A DNA stretch of 64,000 nt from Desulfatiglandales bacterium (GCA_963667015.2 CAXXJJ010000001.1:2592001-2656000); one strand, 5' to 3'; positions 1-10,440 are shown, counted from the stretch's first letter. The notes: generated from the letters alone by a model not told the origin. Program-made: numbers and translations.

Positions 1-218
1 ATCATGAATATATCGCCAAGCAGTTCGTCACTGTTAAGAAGATCTTCTACCGGGTTATAAAAATGATGTCCCCAGCCTATGGTGAACATTGCGGTTTTGT
101 CTTTATCAGGGGTGTAATCATTTACGTTCAGCCACATGTAATGGGCCGATGCGTTTATGGAAAAAATAAAACATATACAGAATACAGACAGTACCAATCC
201 TTTTTTAAAAGTATACAT
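1..218 (-). CDS. DUF4198 (NikM-like) periplasmic Ni/Co-uptake protein, N-terminal part, runs off the window edge
   Basis: My translation from ATG at 218 (RBS AAGGAG): MYTFKKGLVLSVFCICFIFSINASA-HYMWLNVNDY...IGWGHHF. Signal peptide followed by mature N-terminal HxxW and a GWGH motif. Confidence 0.7.
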   Translation of the reverse strand, partial: MYTFKKGLVLSVFCICFIFSINASAHYMWLNVNDYTPDKDKTAMFTIGWGHHFYNPVEDLLNSDELLGDIFM

Positions 219-243
219 TGTAGTCTCCTTTAAGTAAGAAATG

Positions 244-266
244 ACCCTGTCTTAAATACAGGGTCT
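244..266 (-). terminator. Stem-loop after the TonB receptor gene
   Basis: GACCCTGT-cttaaat-ACAGGGTC inverted repeat. Confidence 0.45.
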
Positions 267-279
267 TCTTTGTAAAAAA

Positions 280-2490
280 TTAAAAATTAAAAATCATACC
301 AATTTCAAAATAACGCCCCGGATAGGGATAATAACTGGTATCGAGTGTACCGTCGCTGTTCCGGGTGCCTGCAGAGTTGGAATAGTAGGCGTAATCTTTA
401 TCCACAACATTTTTTACAAGACCGTATATTGAAACGCCTTTGAACAGGTTGTCAAATTTGTAATCCAGTTTTAAATCTATCAAAGTTGAAGACGGCTGTA
501 TCACACGTTCCAGATAATCCACATTTTTTTTACCCTCATAGGTGACATTGACCCAGGCAAGTAGATTTTTAATGGGATAGTAGGAAAGGGTAGCTCCTAT
601 TTTATGTTTAGGAGCCCTGGCGAGCCTTTTTCCATCAATATGCATTGCAATTCTATCTTCATCACCAGGTGGATCACTCCAGTCGTAGGATGGGTAAATA
701 GCATTGGGATCGTCCCATTTGGCATCCATGTAGCCGTAGTTAAAACGATAGTTTAACTGCTCTGTCACCCAGCCGTCCAGTTCAAGTTCCAGTCCTTTGG
801 CCACAGTTTTACCAAGGTTCCTTGCTCCCTGGCTGCGATTTGTTTCCTCTTCATATTGAAAAATGAATTTATCATCAGTTGTCATGTGGTACACTGCAAT
901 GGAATAATTCAGGTTTCTGTTAAACTTGTTTTTATAGCCCAGTTCCCATGTCCTGACATCCTCAGGCTTTAATTGTGATGGATCATTTCCAGGGAAATCT
1001 TCACTATAGTGTGCCGACATCCTTGTGTAATCAATATTAGGGTAAAAATAGGCCTGGCTTACTGTCAGGTAAAGATTGTCATCACCTGAAAAACTGTAGG
1101 AAGGAGAGATGTTCCAGGAAAATTTGTCATAATCGTTATTTACATCGGCAGTGCCGGCATAATGGTCCTGGTATTTAAGTTCCACATTATCTAATCGAAC
1201 GGCAGTTTGAATCCTGAAATGCTCTCCTGTTTTCAGGTCATTATTGATAAAAAAGCTGATGCGGTCTATATTTATTTCGCAATCGTACTTCTCCAAATTT
1301 TCCAGCTGACCGGAACTCAGTTCCGTATCAAAGACGTAAGTCCTTGCCTGGTCGTAATTATGTTTGTCATATTCAGTTCCCAGGGTTAAAGTGCTCCAGA
1401 CAGCTCCGTTATTAAGTTTATAGCCACCTGATGCCTTAAATGAAAGGCGGTCTTCAATATAATCGCGCTGATAGCTGCTGCTGTCAGTACCGGGCTCATA
1501 ACGGTTTTTATTGGTTTGGGAAAGGTATAATCCGTCAGTATTAGTGTATGCCAGCAGTGATTTTAAAAACCAGGTCTCTTTATCGGTTTTGAAATCAGCA
1601 GACATGTCATATATTTCCCGATCATTAAAAGTGGGCGATAAATTATAGGTTTCAGGATCATTTTCATCGGGATCGCTTGGTGGTGTATTGTCTCTTGGAT
1701 TCCTGTCCAGTTGCCATTTTTTAAGACTTGTTGAGGAAAAATAATTCTGGTCTTTATAACTGGCGCTGATACCCAGTCTCGTGGTATCATCAAAGGAGTA
1801 CCCTCCCTTGAAATTGGCACGTGTTCTCTCATCTTCATTATGTCGGTAACCGTCTCCGCCCTGATTCATGAAGCTCAGACGGTAATCAAAGGCGCTTTCC
1901 TTGCCCCAGAAAGAAACATTTTCTTTATGAATACCCCATGAACCATACTGCAGCTTCACACGTTGATCATGACCTTCCTTGTTACCTCTTTTGGTTGTGA
2001 TATATATAATGCCCCGGGTAGACTCTGCATATTGTGCCCCCGGAGTTTTGATAACCTGTATCTGTTCTATATCATTAAGGTCAACATAGTTCATGTCACC
2101 ATAGCCGATTCTTTCTGAGCTGATTTCCTGACCATCTACATATACAGTCGCTCCCCTTGAGTGGGCATAGGCTGTACCGCGAAAATTGTATTTGGGCATG
2201 CCGGGGTTGGTTGTATCATTTGTAATACCGGGAAGGTTTTTTACAACATCCGCAACATCGATATAGGCGCCTTTTTCAAGGTCTTTAGCTGTAAAAATAT
2301 TAATAGTGCCCGGAGTTTCCAGCAGTTTGATATCAGGGCTTGTTGATGAAACAACAACCTCTTCAAGCAGATATTCTTTTTCGTCTTTTATTGATTCTGT
2401 CTCTTCTTCTGCCAGCCCGATTACCGGCAGGCTTAAAAAAATGAAAAAGACGAAAAAAATAATCAAATTTTTACTGATTATATACATCAC
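280..2490 (-). CDS. TonB-dependent receptor
   Basis: Signal peptide, TonB box-like LEEVVVSS, plug motifs (LPG, FRG, VYVDG, DIEQIQVIK), C-terminal YPGRYFEIGMIFNF. Likely start GTG 2490 or ATG 2487 after AAGGAG. Confidence 0.9.
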   Translation of the reverse strand: MMYIISKNLIIFFVFFIFLSLPVIGLAEEETESIKDEKEYLLEEVVVSSTSPDIKLLETPGTINIFTAKDLEKGAYIDVADVVKNLPGITNDTTNPGMPKYNFRGTAYAHSRGATVYVDGQEISSERIGYGDMNYVDLNDIEQIQVIKTPGAQYAESTRGIIYITTKRGNKEGHDQRVKLQYGSWGIHKENVSFWGKESAFDYRLSFMNQGGDGYRHNEDERTRANFKGGYSFDDTTRLGISASYKDQNYFSSTSLKKWQLDRNPRDNTPPSDPDENDPETYNLSPTFNDREIYDMSADFKTDKETWFLKSLLAYTNTDGLYLSQTNKNRYEPGTDSSSYQRDYIEDRLSFKASGGYKLNNGAVWSTLTLGTEYDKHNYDQARTYVFDTELSSGQLENLEKYDCEINIDRISFFINNDLKTGEHFRIQTAVRLDNVELKYQDHYAGTADVNNDYDKFSWNISPSYSFSGDDNLYLTVSQAYFYPNIDYTRMSAHYSEDFPGNDPSQLKPEDVRTWELGYKNKFNRNLNYSIAVYHMTTDDKFIFQYEEETNRSQGARNLGKTVAKGLELELDGWVTEQLNYRFNYGYMDAKWDDPNAIYPSYDWSDPPGDEDRIAMHIDGKRLARAPKHKIGATLSYYPIKNLLAWVNVTYEGKKNVDYLERVIQPSSTLIDLKLDYKFDNLFKGVSIYGLVKNVVDKDYAYYSNSAGTRNSDGTLDTSYYPYPGRYFEIGMIFNF

Positions 2491-2789
2491 ATTCTCCTTA
2501 TTTGTCTGGTTTTTAAAAGATTTTGAGATGGGACTGTGACCTGTGAGACAGGAAAACAATTATGCCCATTTCTATTTTTTGACTTCCGGAAGATTGCGAT
2601 GTAAGATGAATCTCCCGGAATCGCCGGTATATTGATTCCCGGCTTCCTGGCGACAGGATGGATTGAACTTGGACGGCTCGTCCATCCTGTCATTTTGATC
2701 TGGAAAACTTGAGTAAAGGCTGGCCGCGGATATTGTCATTTTGACCGGTGGCTGTTTTATTCATAATTTATCCTCATTGTATGTAATTA

Positions 2790-3542
2790 TTATTTATTGA
2801 GCGATCTTACATGCTTGGTAAAAAATCCCATAGGACAGATCATCGTGCAGTAGGAACGCCCGCCTAAAAGCGGAACGCCAATAACAAAGTAGAAGAATTC
2901 CGCTGTTATAAAATATAAAAGTTTTTGTGTTGCGCGGATCGGATCGATAGTATCCGGGACCAGCAGGATAAGGATAAGTGCTGCAGCCATGAAAAGAAAA
3001 TATACCATGGGTATAATGCGACCAAGCTTAATCAATTTTCCGGGCTGGCCTCTAAACAGCCTCCCATAGGTTTCTGAATAGAATGCGCCATGTGGACAAA
3101 TATATCCGCAGAAGGCTTTATAACCCCATCTATAGGAGATCAAAGGAACCACTATAAAACCTGTAAACAGACTTAATATCATAGCGGTTGAATGGGTGGC
3201 CGGATCAAAACACTGGAGTGAATGGGGCCATGGGTAAAGCAGACAGGTCCAGCTCCAGTCATTTAATATCATTGGCAACATAAGTATCACTGTAAAATGG
3301 CAGATCGACAGCACGAGAAGTCTGATACGGCGCCTGGGGTAGTTAATAAAGAAATAAATAACAAGACCTGCCATAATGATTTCTATGAGTAAAAGTGATG
3401 ACCAGAAGAATGCATTTGCCATGGCAAGCGACTTATGTCCTGTATCAGGAGTCAAATCAAAAATGATCTTCACCATTTCCAGGGTGAATGTGGTAAAAAA
3501 AAGAAACCAGAGTAAAAATTTAAGTATTTTTTTGATGTTCAT
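2790..3542 (-). CDS. Polytopic membrane protein with two CxxxCP motifs (NapH/MauN-like 4Fe-4S binding family)
   Basis: Several TM segments; FCGYICPHG and YCTMICPMG. Confidence 0.7.
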   Translation of the reverse strand: MNIKKILKFLLWFLFFTTFTLEMVKIIFDLTPDTGHKSLAMANAFFWSSLLLIEIIMAGLVIYFFINYPRRRIRLLVLSICHFTVILMLPMILNDWSWTCLLYPWPHSLQCFDPATHSTAMILSLFTGFIVVPLISYRWGYKAFCGYICPHGAFYSETYGRLFRGQPGKLIKLGRIIPMVYFLFMAAALILILLVPDTIDPIRATQKLLYFITAEFFYFVIGVPLLGGRSYCTMICPMGFFTKHVRSLNK

Positions 3543-3548
3543 ATTTTT

Positions 3549-6500
3549 TTATAACTGCAATTCACTTTTAAGATTCCATTTCGGCTGCCATTTATCCACA
3601 TCTTTAGCCGTCATGACATCAACCTTTGAACCCTGAAATTCTTGGGTAACTTCTCCTATCATCTCTTCCATATCGCCTTCGATCATAAGTGCCGCATCAC
3701 GAACCTGCAGCATCATGTCCTGATCTGCCTCCCATAGTCCCCTGGATTCTGCCTCAATAAGTCTTCGGGTCAGTTCCTCAAGGGCGTAGGGGTTTTCAGC
3801 CCTGAGCCATTCCAGGTTTTCCAGGTTGCTGATGTATGTCTCAACGATTTCATCAAATACCCATTTATCAACCTTCTGGGTGGTGGCACTCCATTTGAAC
3901 AGGTTGTTAACGCGGCCGGAAACCCCGGATGCGCCTTTGTAACCGTGTTCTTTCATATCCTCTATCCAGTTTTTATTGAGGAGCCGGGAGATCACTGAGG
4001 TTTCCAGCTCTTCCTTAAGATTCCTTACAGAAAGGTCATTTTCGGCATTGTTGTCTGCCCAGTACTGTTTTACAGATTTACCTCCAACTGCCTTTATAGC
4101 TACTGACATGCCCCCAAGATAACCGGCATAGCCTCCCACATCCACAAGGTCATATTCAGGCGAATACTGTCTCATATAGGTGACATCAATGCACTTAAGG
4201 TTTCTTGCATACAGATCATGGGCGGCCTGGCCGCTGATTCGCTCAAAATCTCCGGAACGATCTGATCCGTATGCGTATCCTCCCCAGTTGATATATGTTT
4301 CCGCAAGATCTTTTTCATCTTCCCAGGCAGAGGCGTCAAGCGCAAGACCGACCCCGATGCCGTATGTCCCGGGCGGAGATGAGAAAACTCGAAAACTTGC
4401 CATTCTGGACATCTGCTTTATAGAAAGCGTGTTACCAAGTTCGGCCTTTATTTCTGCAAATCTTTCGTCTGTATGTTTGCGTATAAAATTAAGTTCATGA
4501 GATTCTTCAAGAGTGGAGGCCATTACCGCGGCTTCATCTAAAAAATCTGCAAAATGCGGAACCATGTCTCTTAAGATACCGCTGGTCTGTATTACAACGT
4601 CGATACGCGGGCGTGGCGAGAAAGATTTATCTCCAACCGAAAGGTAAAGCTCGGAAAGAGGGATGGCTTCTACTCCTGTTGCCTGTCCTGAAGAATTCCA
4701 TTTCGGCCGCATTCCCATGAGATGAAGGATCTGGCAGAACACCTCACCGTCTGACTTGAAAGCGTCGATGCTCCAGAGGCTGATGCCGACACTTTCCGGG
4801 AACCTGTCTTCCTCTTTAATATATTTGACCAGAAGATTATCAGCCAGGGTGCATCCTGCTTCATAGGCAGACTTTGTAGGCAGAGAGCGAACGTCAGTGC
4901 TGTAAAAATTGCGGCCGGTTGGCAGTGCCTCTGTTTTTCCCAGAACAAGAGAGCCTGAAAGACCAGGTTCAATATATTCACCGTTCAAGGCCCTGAGAAG
5001 CTGAGGTATTTCGCGGTCGCTCATCTTTATCTTATTGCCTGTGGCCAGGCACCAGTCCCTGAATTCTGCGGGCAGTTCAGACACTGAAGGATCATAATCC
5101 GTATCAATAATTCTCCTGATAATATCTCTTGCAGTATCAAAGCTGTCATTATTCTCAAAATTTGCCAAAGCAGCGATTTCATCCAGCGAAGGAAGTCCGT
5201 CCGCCTGTTTTATGAGCATTGTGGCAATCATGGTGGCAATGCCCTCTGAATCCGGAAATGTACCCAGTGTATGCATGCCTGATGGCGCAAGGGCTCTCCT
5301 GATCCTTGCGATGCGCCTTGAGAGCATGCCAACTTCTTCGTAAAAATCAGTTCCGTCATATTCCTGGTCAACAAGGTTTTTTGATTTCATCAGTTCGAGC
5401 ATCTTCTGCTGAATTATATTCATCCTGCTCTTCTCATTGTTATCCAGGGCGGAATGATATTCTTTAACAAGCCGCTCCAGTTCAACAAGCTTATCATCCA
5501 TGACAGCAGGCCTGTAGACAGGGGTAAGGTGATCAACAAGAACAGCACGTCCCCTTCGTTTGGCAACCATGCCGTCTCCGCTTACATCCATGATATAGAG
5601 GTAGATATTGGGCAGATCACCCAGTGTGATCTCCGGGAAACAGGCGTCTGAAAGGGCTGCACGTTTTCCGGGTAAAAATTCCATTGCACCGTGGGTTCCA
5701 AAATGGATTACAGCATCAGATGTTTTTCTGATGTAGTAATATGAAGCAAACCAGTGGTGAGGGGGCGAGAGTTCAGGATCATGCAGGATTCGACACACTT
5801 CGCCGTTACATTTTGACCCGTAGCATCCCCGTTTCGGCTGAAGCATAATCTTAAGGTTCCCAAAGCAAAGCCCTGTTACAAGGAGTTCCGGTTCACCTTT
5901 TTTATTAAACACCATTCCTTCACCGGGAAATTCGCCCCAGTCCTGAAGCACTCGATTTTGTGCCTTTTGCGGGATACTGTCAAAAAACTCTGAATACTCT
6001 TCCCCATTCATCCTGTATATGTCGCCGCCTTTTTCCACGATTTCATCAACTGTGGTCCAGCGAAATTCAGATACAGCCTTGCGATCCATGAACATATCCA
6101 GGATGGCTTTACCGCTTTGAGGGGCCTCTCCTACGTCATACCCCGCATATCTCATTGAGTTTATCAGGCGGGACAGGCTTTCGAAAGTGTCCAGTCCGGC
6201 AGCTACTCCAAGTGTGGCCTCCACTGCCTTGCAGGGATTGTTATGCAGTATTATTGTTACCTGCTTTTTATTGTTTGGAAGTGTGCGCAACCTGTGCCAT
6301 CCTTTGACACGTCTGCACAGGTGTTCTATCCGCTCCTTAACCGGAAGATAACGCCTTGATGAGACTCCGCTGCCTGGATCTGGCTCCATGACCGTACCGG
6401 CAACCATAGTGGGCTCTATTACTCCTGACATTTCTGGCTGGGCCAGGCCATAGATCATGGCGCTTGAGCCTGAAACAAGATCACTGTTATCTCCTGCCCA

Positions 6501-7340
6501 TTCATCAGGATGCTGATGAAAAAGACGTATGGCCTGAAATACAGGCACGTTTAAATCTTCAAAAACAAAGGTGTCTTCAGGCTTTGCCAGCAGCCTGCCG
6601 GACATAAGGTTTATAATTGCAGAAAGTCCTGAGGGTACAATATTTGTAGATTCTTTTAAGAATGAAAGCCAGGGGTAGCGATCAGGAAGAGGCAGACTCG
6701 AATCCCGGCCGCTGTCAGAACACACACAAAGAGGAATCATATTATTTGATTCCAGGGTCCTTATGATCATGTCCGCATCCCGATGATTATCCTCTGCGAT
6801 CTGGTTGTAATGGCAGGTTATACCTATCACCGGATCCGGTCTGGTGACACTGTTTTTGCATTTATACCATTCCAGGTAATCCCATATGCATGAAAAAAGG
6901 CCTGTCACATCAGGATGATAAATGCCGTTTGTAAGGACAGGGGAGGGCTCCTTAAATTGAATATCAAAACCTGTACAGGCGGCAAGATACCTTATGCCGT
7001 TTACATAGTTTTCTACCGACACAGCGGCCATATATCGGCTGAATTCCGAAATCTGTCCGGCCGTAAAGGTCGAAAAATCAGGAGGCATTTCCTGCCCCAG
7101 GCCCATACGGTGTTTTGCAATTTTTGAATACTCTATGAGCTCATCATGCAGGGGAAGATCACGGAACAGCCTGCCTATGACTATATCCGCTTCCCTGTTT
7201 TCCATAAAGGATATTGCCCTGTCCGGAGACTGCTGCTGGGAAAACATAGAAAGTTCTATCCCGACCTGTTCCAGTATTTCTGCGGCCCTGGACCAGGAGT
7301 GTACATTAAACATGTGTCCATGAATAAACGCGATCAGCAT
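3549..7340 (-). CDS. cobN: CobN/ChlH-family chelatase large subunit (paralogue 1)
   Basis: 1263 aa; QPKRG, HFGTHGAMEFLPGK, AKRRG..VDHLTP, LPTGRNFY, RPRIDVV, HGYKGA motifs. Confidence 0.85.
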   Translation of the reverse strand: MLIAFIHGHMFNVHSWSRAAEILEQVGIELSMFSQQQSPDRAISFMENREADIVIGRLFRDLPLHDELIEYSKIAKHRMGLGQEMPPDFSTFTAGQISEFSRYMAAVSVENYVNGIRYLAACTGFDIQFKEPSPVLTNGIYHPDVTGLFSCIWDYLEWYKCKNSVTRPDPVIGITCHYNQIAEDNHRDADMIIRTLESNNMIPLCVCSDSGRDSSLPLPDRYPWLSFLKESTNIVPSGLSAIINLMSGRLLAKPEDTFVFEDLNVPVFQAIRLFHQHPDEWAGDNSDLVSGSSAMIYGLAQPEMSGVIEPTMVAGTVMEPDPGSGVSSRRYLPVKERIEHLCRRVKGWHRLRTLPNNKKQVTIILHNNPCKAVEATLGVAAGLDTFESLSRLINSMRYAGYDVGEAPQSGKAILDMFMDRKAVSEFRWTTVDEIVEKGGDIYRMNGEEYSEFFDSIPQKAQNRVLQDWGEFPGEGMVFNKKGEPELLVTGLCFGNLKIMLQPKRGCYGSKCNGEVCRILHDPELSPPHHWFASYYYIRKTSDAVIHFGTHGAMEFLPGKRAALSDACFPEITLGDLPNIYLYIMDVSGDGMVAKRRGRAVLVDHLTPVYRPAVMDDKLVELERLVKEYHSALDNNEKSRMNIIQQKMLELMKSKNLVDQEYDGTDFYEEVGMLSRRIARIRRALAPSGMHTLGTFPDSEGIATMIATMLIKQADGLPSLDEIAALANFENNDSFDTARDIIRRIIDTDYDPSVSELPAEFRDWCLATGNKIKMSDREIPQLLRALNGEYIEPGLSGSLVLGKTEALPTGRNFYSTDVRSLPTKSAYEAGCTLADNLLVKYIKEEDRFPESVGISLWSIDAFKSDGEVFCQILHLMGMRPKWNSSGQATGVEAIPLSELYLSVGDKSFSPRPRIDVVIQTSGILRDMVPHFADFLDEAAVMASTLEESHELNFIRKHTDERFAEIKAELGNTLSIKQMSRMASFRVFSSPPGTYGIGVGLALDASAWEDEKDLAETYINWGGYAYGSDRSGDFERISGQAAHDLYARNLKCIDVTYMRQYSPEYDLVDVGGYAGYLGGMSVAIKAVGGKSVKQYWADNNAENDLSVRNLKEELETSVISRLLNKNWIEDMKEHGYKGASGVSGRVNNLFKWSATTQKVDKWVFDEIVETYISNLENLEWLRAENPYALEELTRRLIEAESRGLWEADQDMMLQVRDAALMIEGDMEEMIGEVTQEFQGSKVDVMTAKDVDKWQPKWNLKSELQL

Positions 7341-7377
7341 TGACCGTTTCCCAAAAGAGTTTTGAGCGGGAGTTTTT

Positions 7378-9165
7378 TCATATTTTCCAGTTCAGTCCGA
7401 TAATCCAGCAGCGTGAAGGCGCAAGGAGTCCGTCGGCATAATAAAAGGTTTTGTCAAAAAGGTTTTCAATTTCACCGAACAGGCTGAATCGCTTAAAGGC
7501 ATATTCTGCCCTGAAATCAGCGATTGTATATTCAGGGACAGTCGTTGTATTGCTTTTATTCCTATAAACCTTGGAACAATACTTTCCTGAAAGGACGATC
7601 GAAAGCGGTCCGTAAGGTTTCCAGTAAATATTTGTTGTTGCATTATGCCTTGCCTTGGATGTCAGCCATAAACCTGTCTCATCATCCTTTGCTTCAAGGT
7701 AGGTATAGCTGTTTTTTACCTTTAATGTATCATGGGGCTGCCATGAAACTGCAAGATCTCCCCCTGTATATGTGACAAGACCGACATTCTGGTACTGGCT
7801 TATACCGTCATCACCCATCATATAGGTAATGCGGTCGCTTAAACGATTATAAAAAACTGAAAAGTTAAAGGAGAAAATGTCTGCCGGTTCAATAAAAAAA
7901 GCAAGGCTGTAGTTGTCAGATGTCTCCATATCCAGATCGGGATTAGGTGCCTTAGAGCTGGTCTCATCAAATCTCTGATAAAAAGAGGGCGTATTATTAA
8001 CTCTTCCATAGGCCAGTGTTAATCGACATTTATCCTTCTTATAGGTGGTCTTTATTTCAGGGTTATAGGCATTATCAAATGCAGAGTTTTTATTCGCCCG
8101 TATCCCAAGGCTTAACGAGAAGGGATTTTCGGGCCAGTTAATAGACTGTGCTGCAAATACCGAAAAGGTCTCTTCCTGCTGATCTGTAAAATTTGTGCCT
8201 GAGGCCTCACCAAGAATAAATCCGGTTCCCAGAGTCAATTCTCCAAGGTTTCCGGTAGTGAATGACCCTGCCAGGTCTTCTTCCCATTCGGTTACATGCA
8301 GATCCTGGTCAATCTCCCTGGTTATATCAGTATTGTGTTTACGCCCTTTATTAAAGGAAGTTGTACTTGCAAATTTGTTGTAATTTATACGCATTGAAAG
8401 ATTTGTGTTGCTGGAATCAATCCGTGCAAATGGAGTAGGGTAGGACGGGAGTCCACTCGATCCCTTGTCATCCTTAAGATAATCGCCTGTAAAAGATAAC
8501 GATTTTTGATCATCAAATGTATAGGCCAGCTTAATGCCTCCCTGGTAGCGTTCTTTATCATTGTTGACCTTATACCCGTCAGTTGTTTCAGTCCCGCCTG
8601 TAATGCCGGCAGTCATTTTTCCTGAAACCATCTGCATGTTGACATATCCATACCCGGTTTTATTGTTTCCGCCATAGGCCTTTATATTGCCTGAGAGCCG
8701 TTTAGCCCGTTTTGTCGTAATAATTATCACCCCACCTGATGCATCCTGTCCGTACCTTAATCCGCCCTTGCCGCGCAGTATCTCTATATGCTCCACTTCC
8801 AGGGGTGAGACCAGATCCCAGTTGACTCCTCCATGGCTGGAAGTAGGATCATTAATTGGGCGTCCGTCTACCAGTACCTTTACTTTATTAGAGCCGTGGA
8901 TGCTGACAGAACTGCTTCCAGCTGTAACACCCGGTACATTGTTAAGTACATCGGCCATATCATGAGCATTAAGTGCCTTAATATCCTCGGCAGTTATTAC
9001 AATCGTATCGCTGTTTTCATCGGCTTTAACTGCTTGGGGGAAAATAATGCAGCATCCAGTAATCAGAAACATAAACAAATATACATGCAACCGGAGTCTG
9101 TGAGCAGATTTTTCTTCCCCTTGAATTGTTGCCATAGTTGTCCTTCCACTGTTTTTAGTTATCAT
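7378..9165 (-). CDS. TonB-dependent receptor (BtuB-like)
   Basis: Plug (VPGV, VLVDGRP, VEHIEILRG...YGQDASGGVIIITTK), barrel end ENLFDK...IGLNWKI; first gene behind three B12 riboswitches; exact start uncertain. Confidence 0.9.
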   Translation of the reverse strand: MITKNSGRTTMATIQGEEKSAHRLRLHVYLFMFLITGCCIIFPQAVKADENSDTIVITAEDIKALNAHDMADVLNNVPGVTAGSSSVSIHGSNKVKVLVDGRPINDPTSSHGGVNWDLVSPLEVEHIEILRGKGGLRYGQDASGGVIIITTKRAKRLSGNIKAYGGNNKTGYGYVNMQMVSGKMTAGITGGTETTDGYKVNNDKERYQGGIKLAYTFDDQKSLSFTGDYLKDDKGSSGLPSYPTPFARIDSSNTNLSMRINYNKFASTTSFNKGRKHNTDITREIDQDLHVTEWEEDLAGSFTTGNLGELTLGTGFILGEASGTNFTDQQEETFSVFAAQSINWPENPFSLSLGIRANKNSAFDNAYNPEIKTTYKKDKCRLTLAYGRVNNTPSFYQRFDETSSKAPNPDLDMETSDNYSLAFFIEPADIFSFNFSVFYNRLSDRITYMMGDDGISQYQNVGLVTYTGGDLAVSWQPHDTLKVKNSYTYLEAKDDETGLWLTSKARHNATTNIYWKPYGPLSIVLSGKYCSKVYRNKSNTTTVPEYTIADFRAEYAFKRFSLFGEIENLFDKTFYYADGLLAPSRCWIIGLNWKI

Positions 9166-9343
9166 ATCTATTTCCCATCTGGCGTTTACAGCTCCGCCCG
9201 GTGGATTCCATAACCTCTGTTGTTATTACTATCCAGCACCAAATAAAAAACCCGAATCTATATACAGCTATAGATCCGGGTATCCCTTTTCTTACACAAG
9301 ATCATTTGATATTCCCTTGTCCGCGAGGAATATCTCTTTAATA

Positions 9344-9508
9344 TTCAGGCAGGTCTTCTGACTTATGGATCATCCTACTTGCCGAGTCTTCCCATTCCGA
9401 TTAATCGGAACAGTGACATGTTTCGGTTTTCGTCCCCAATTACAGCGGCGGGTCCGTCCCCGACTCTAACGGGGTTCCCTTTTAAGCTTTGCTCTAAAAC
9501 ACCTGAAC
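9344..9508 (-). promoter_or_regulatory. Cobalamin riboswitch (tandem copy nearest the gene)
   Basis: Minus strand AAAAGGGAA-CCCCG...CCCGCCGCTGTAA...CACTG...TGGGAAG...AAGTCAGAAGACCTGCC (B12 box); terminator hairpin plus T-run at ~9244-9280. Confidence 0.95.
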
Positions 9509-9643
9509 AGATTGATTTAAAATTTAAAAATATTAATCTATAAAATAAAAAACCCGGAATGATAAGAAATCGATCCGGGTATCCCTTTTTTTTACACAAG
9601 ATCATTTGATATTCCCTTGTCCGCGAGGAATATCCCTTTATTA

Positions 9644-9808
9644 TTCAGGCAGGTCTTCTGACTTATGGATCATCCTACTAACCGAGTCTTCCCATTCCGA
9701 TTAATCGGAACAGTGACATGTTTCGGTTTTCGTCCCCAATTACAGCGGCGGGTCCGTCCCCGACTCTAACGGGGTTCCCTTTTAAGCTTTGCTCTAAAAC
9801 ACCTGAAC
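9644..9808 (-). promoter_or_regulatory. Cobalamin riboswitch (middle tandem copy)
   Basis: Same consensus elements; terminator at ~9545-9580. Confidence 0.95.
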
Positions 9809-9943
9809 AGATTGATTTAAAATTTAAAAATATTAATCTATAAAATAAAAAACCCGGAATGATAAGAAATCGATCCGGGTATCCCTTTTTTTTACACAAG
9901 ATCACTTGATATTCCCTTGTCCACGAGGAATATGCTTTTATCA

Positions 9944-10107
9944 TTCAGGCAGGTCTTCTGACTTATGGATCATCCTACTAACCGAGTCTTCCCATTCCGG
10001 TTAATCGGAACAGTGACATATTTCGGCTTTCGTCCCCAATCACAGCGGCGGGCCCGTCCCCGAATTAAACGGGGTTCCCTTTTAGCTCTTTTTATGAGCA
10101 CCTGAAC
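9944..10107 (-). promoter_or_regulatory. Cobalamin riboswitch (promoter-proximal tandem copy)
   Basis: Same consensus elements; terminator at ~9845-9880; TTGACA -35 box on the minus strand at 10146-10151. Confidence 0.95.
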
Positions 10108-10182
10108 TGTTTTTAGTTACTGTAAATTAATAGATAAATAAAAAATGTCAAGATATATTCTACGATGAGTAGAATAATTTAT

Positions 10183-10440
10183 TTATATCATAACAATATT
10201 TCTTTTCTTGTCACCAGGTCCGGTCGTCCTTTCAGGCTGGCGTATATGGCTCTTTTTAAAAAAAATGGTTTTGCCGGTTGCTGATACAGGAGCGCTGTCT
10301 TTTGTTTCAACTGTTATGGTTTTGCAGCTTGTTTCAGCCTCTATAGCCTGCTGACTAGCCATATCAATCAGCTTTTGTCTTGCAAAACGGTCTGCTGCAT
10401 CGAGTTCCCTGAATTTGTGAGTTCCGGAAATACCTTGCAC
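10183..10440 (-). pseudogene. Possible C-terminal remnant of a hydantoinase/oxoprolinase-family gene
   Basis: FRELDAADRFARQKLIDMASQQAIEA...TITVETKD...G..IFF resembles the C-terminus of that family as I recall it; no convincing start. Confidence 0.3.

Larger units (their letters stand above)
9241..10110 (-). repeat. Three near-identical tandem ~300-bp units (riboswitch plus expression platform/terminator)
   Basis: Sequence at 9241, 9541 and 9841 repeats with a 300-bp period. Confidence 0.95.

Noticed and set aside
2560..2770. Leader peptide or ncRNA between the Fe-S membrane gene and the TonB receptor
   Set aside because: An 11-bp hairpin (GACAGGATGGA/TCCATCCTGTC) and a 24-aa ORF exist, but nothing else supports a function
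9241..10110. CRISPR array or coding repeat (ORFs 9375-9605, 9678-9944)
   Set aside because: Units are 300 bp with no unique spacers and match the cobalamin riboswitch consensus; the ORFs are incidental
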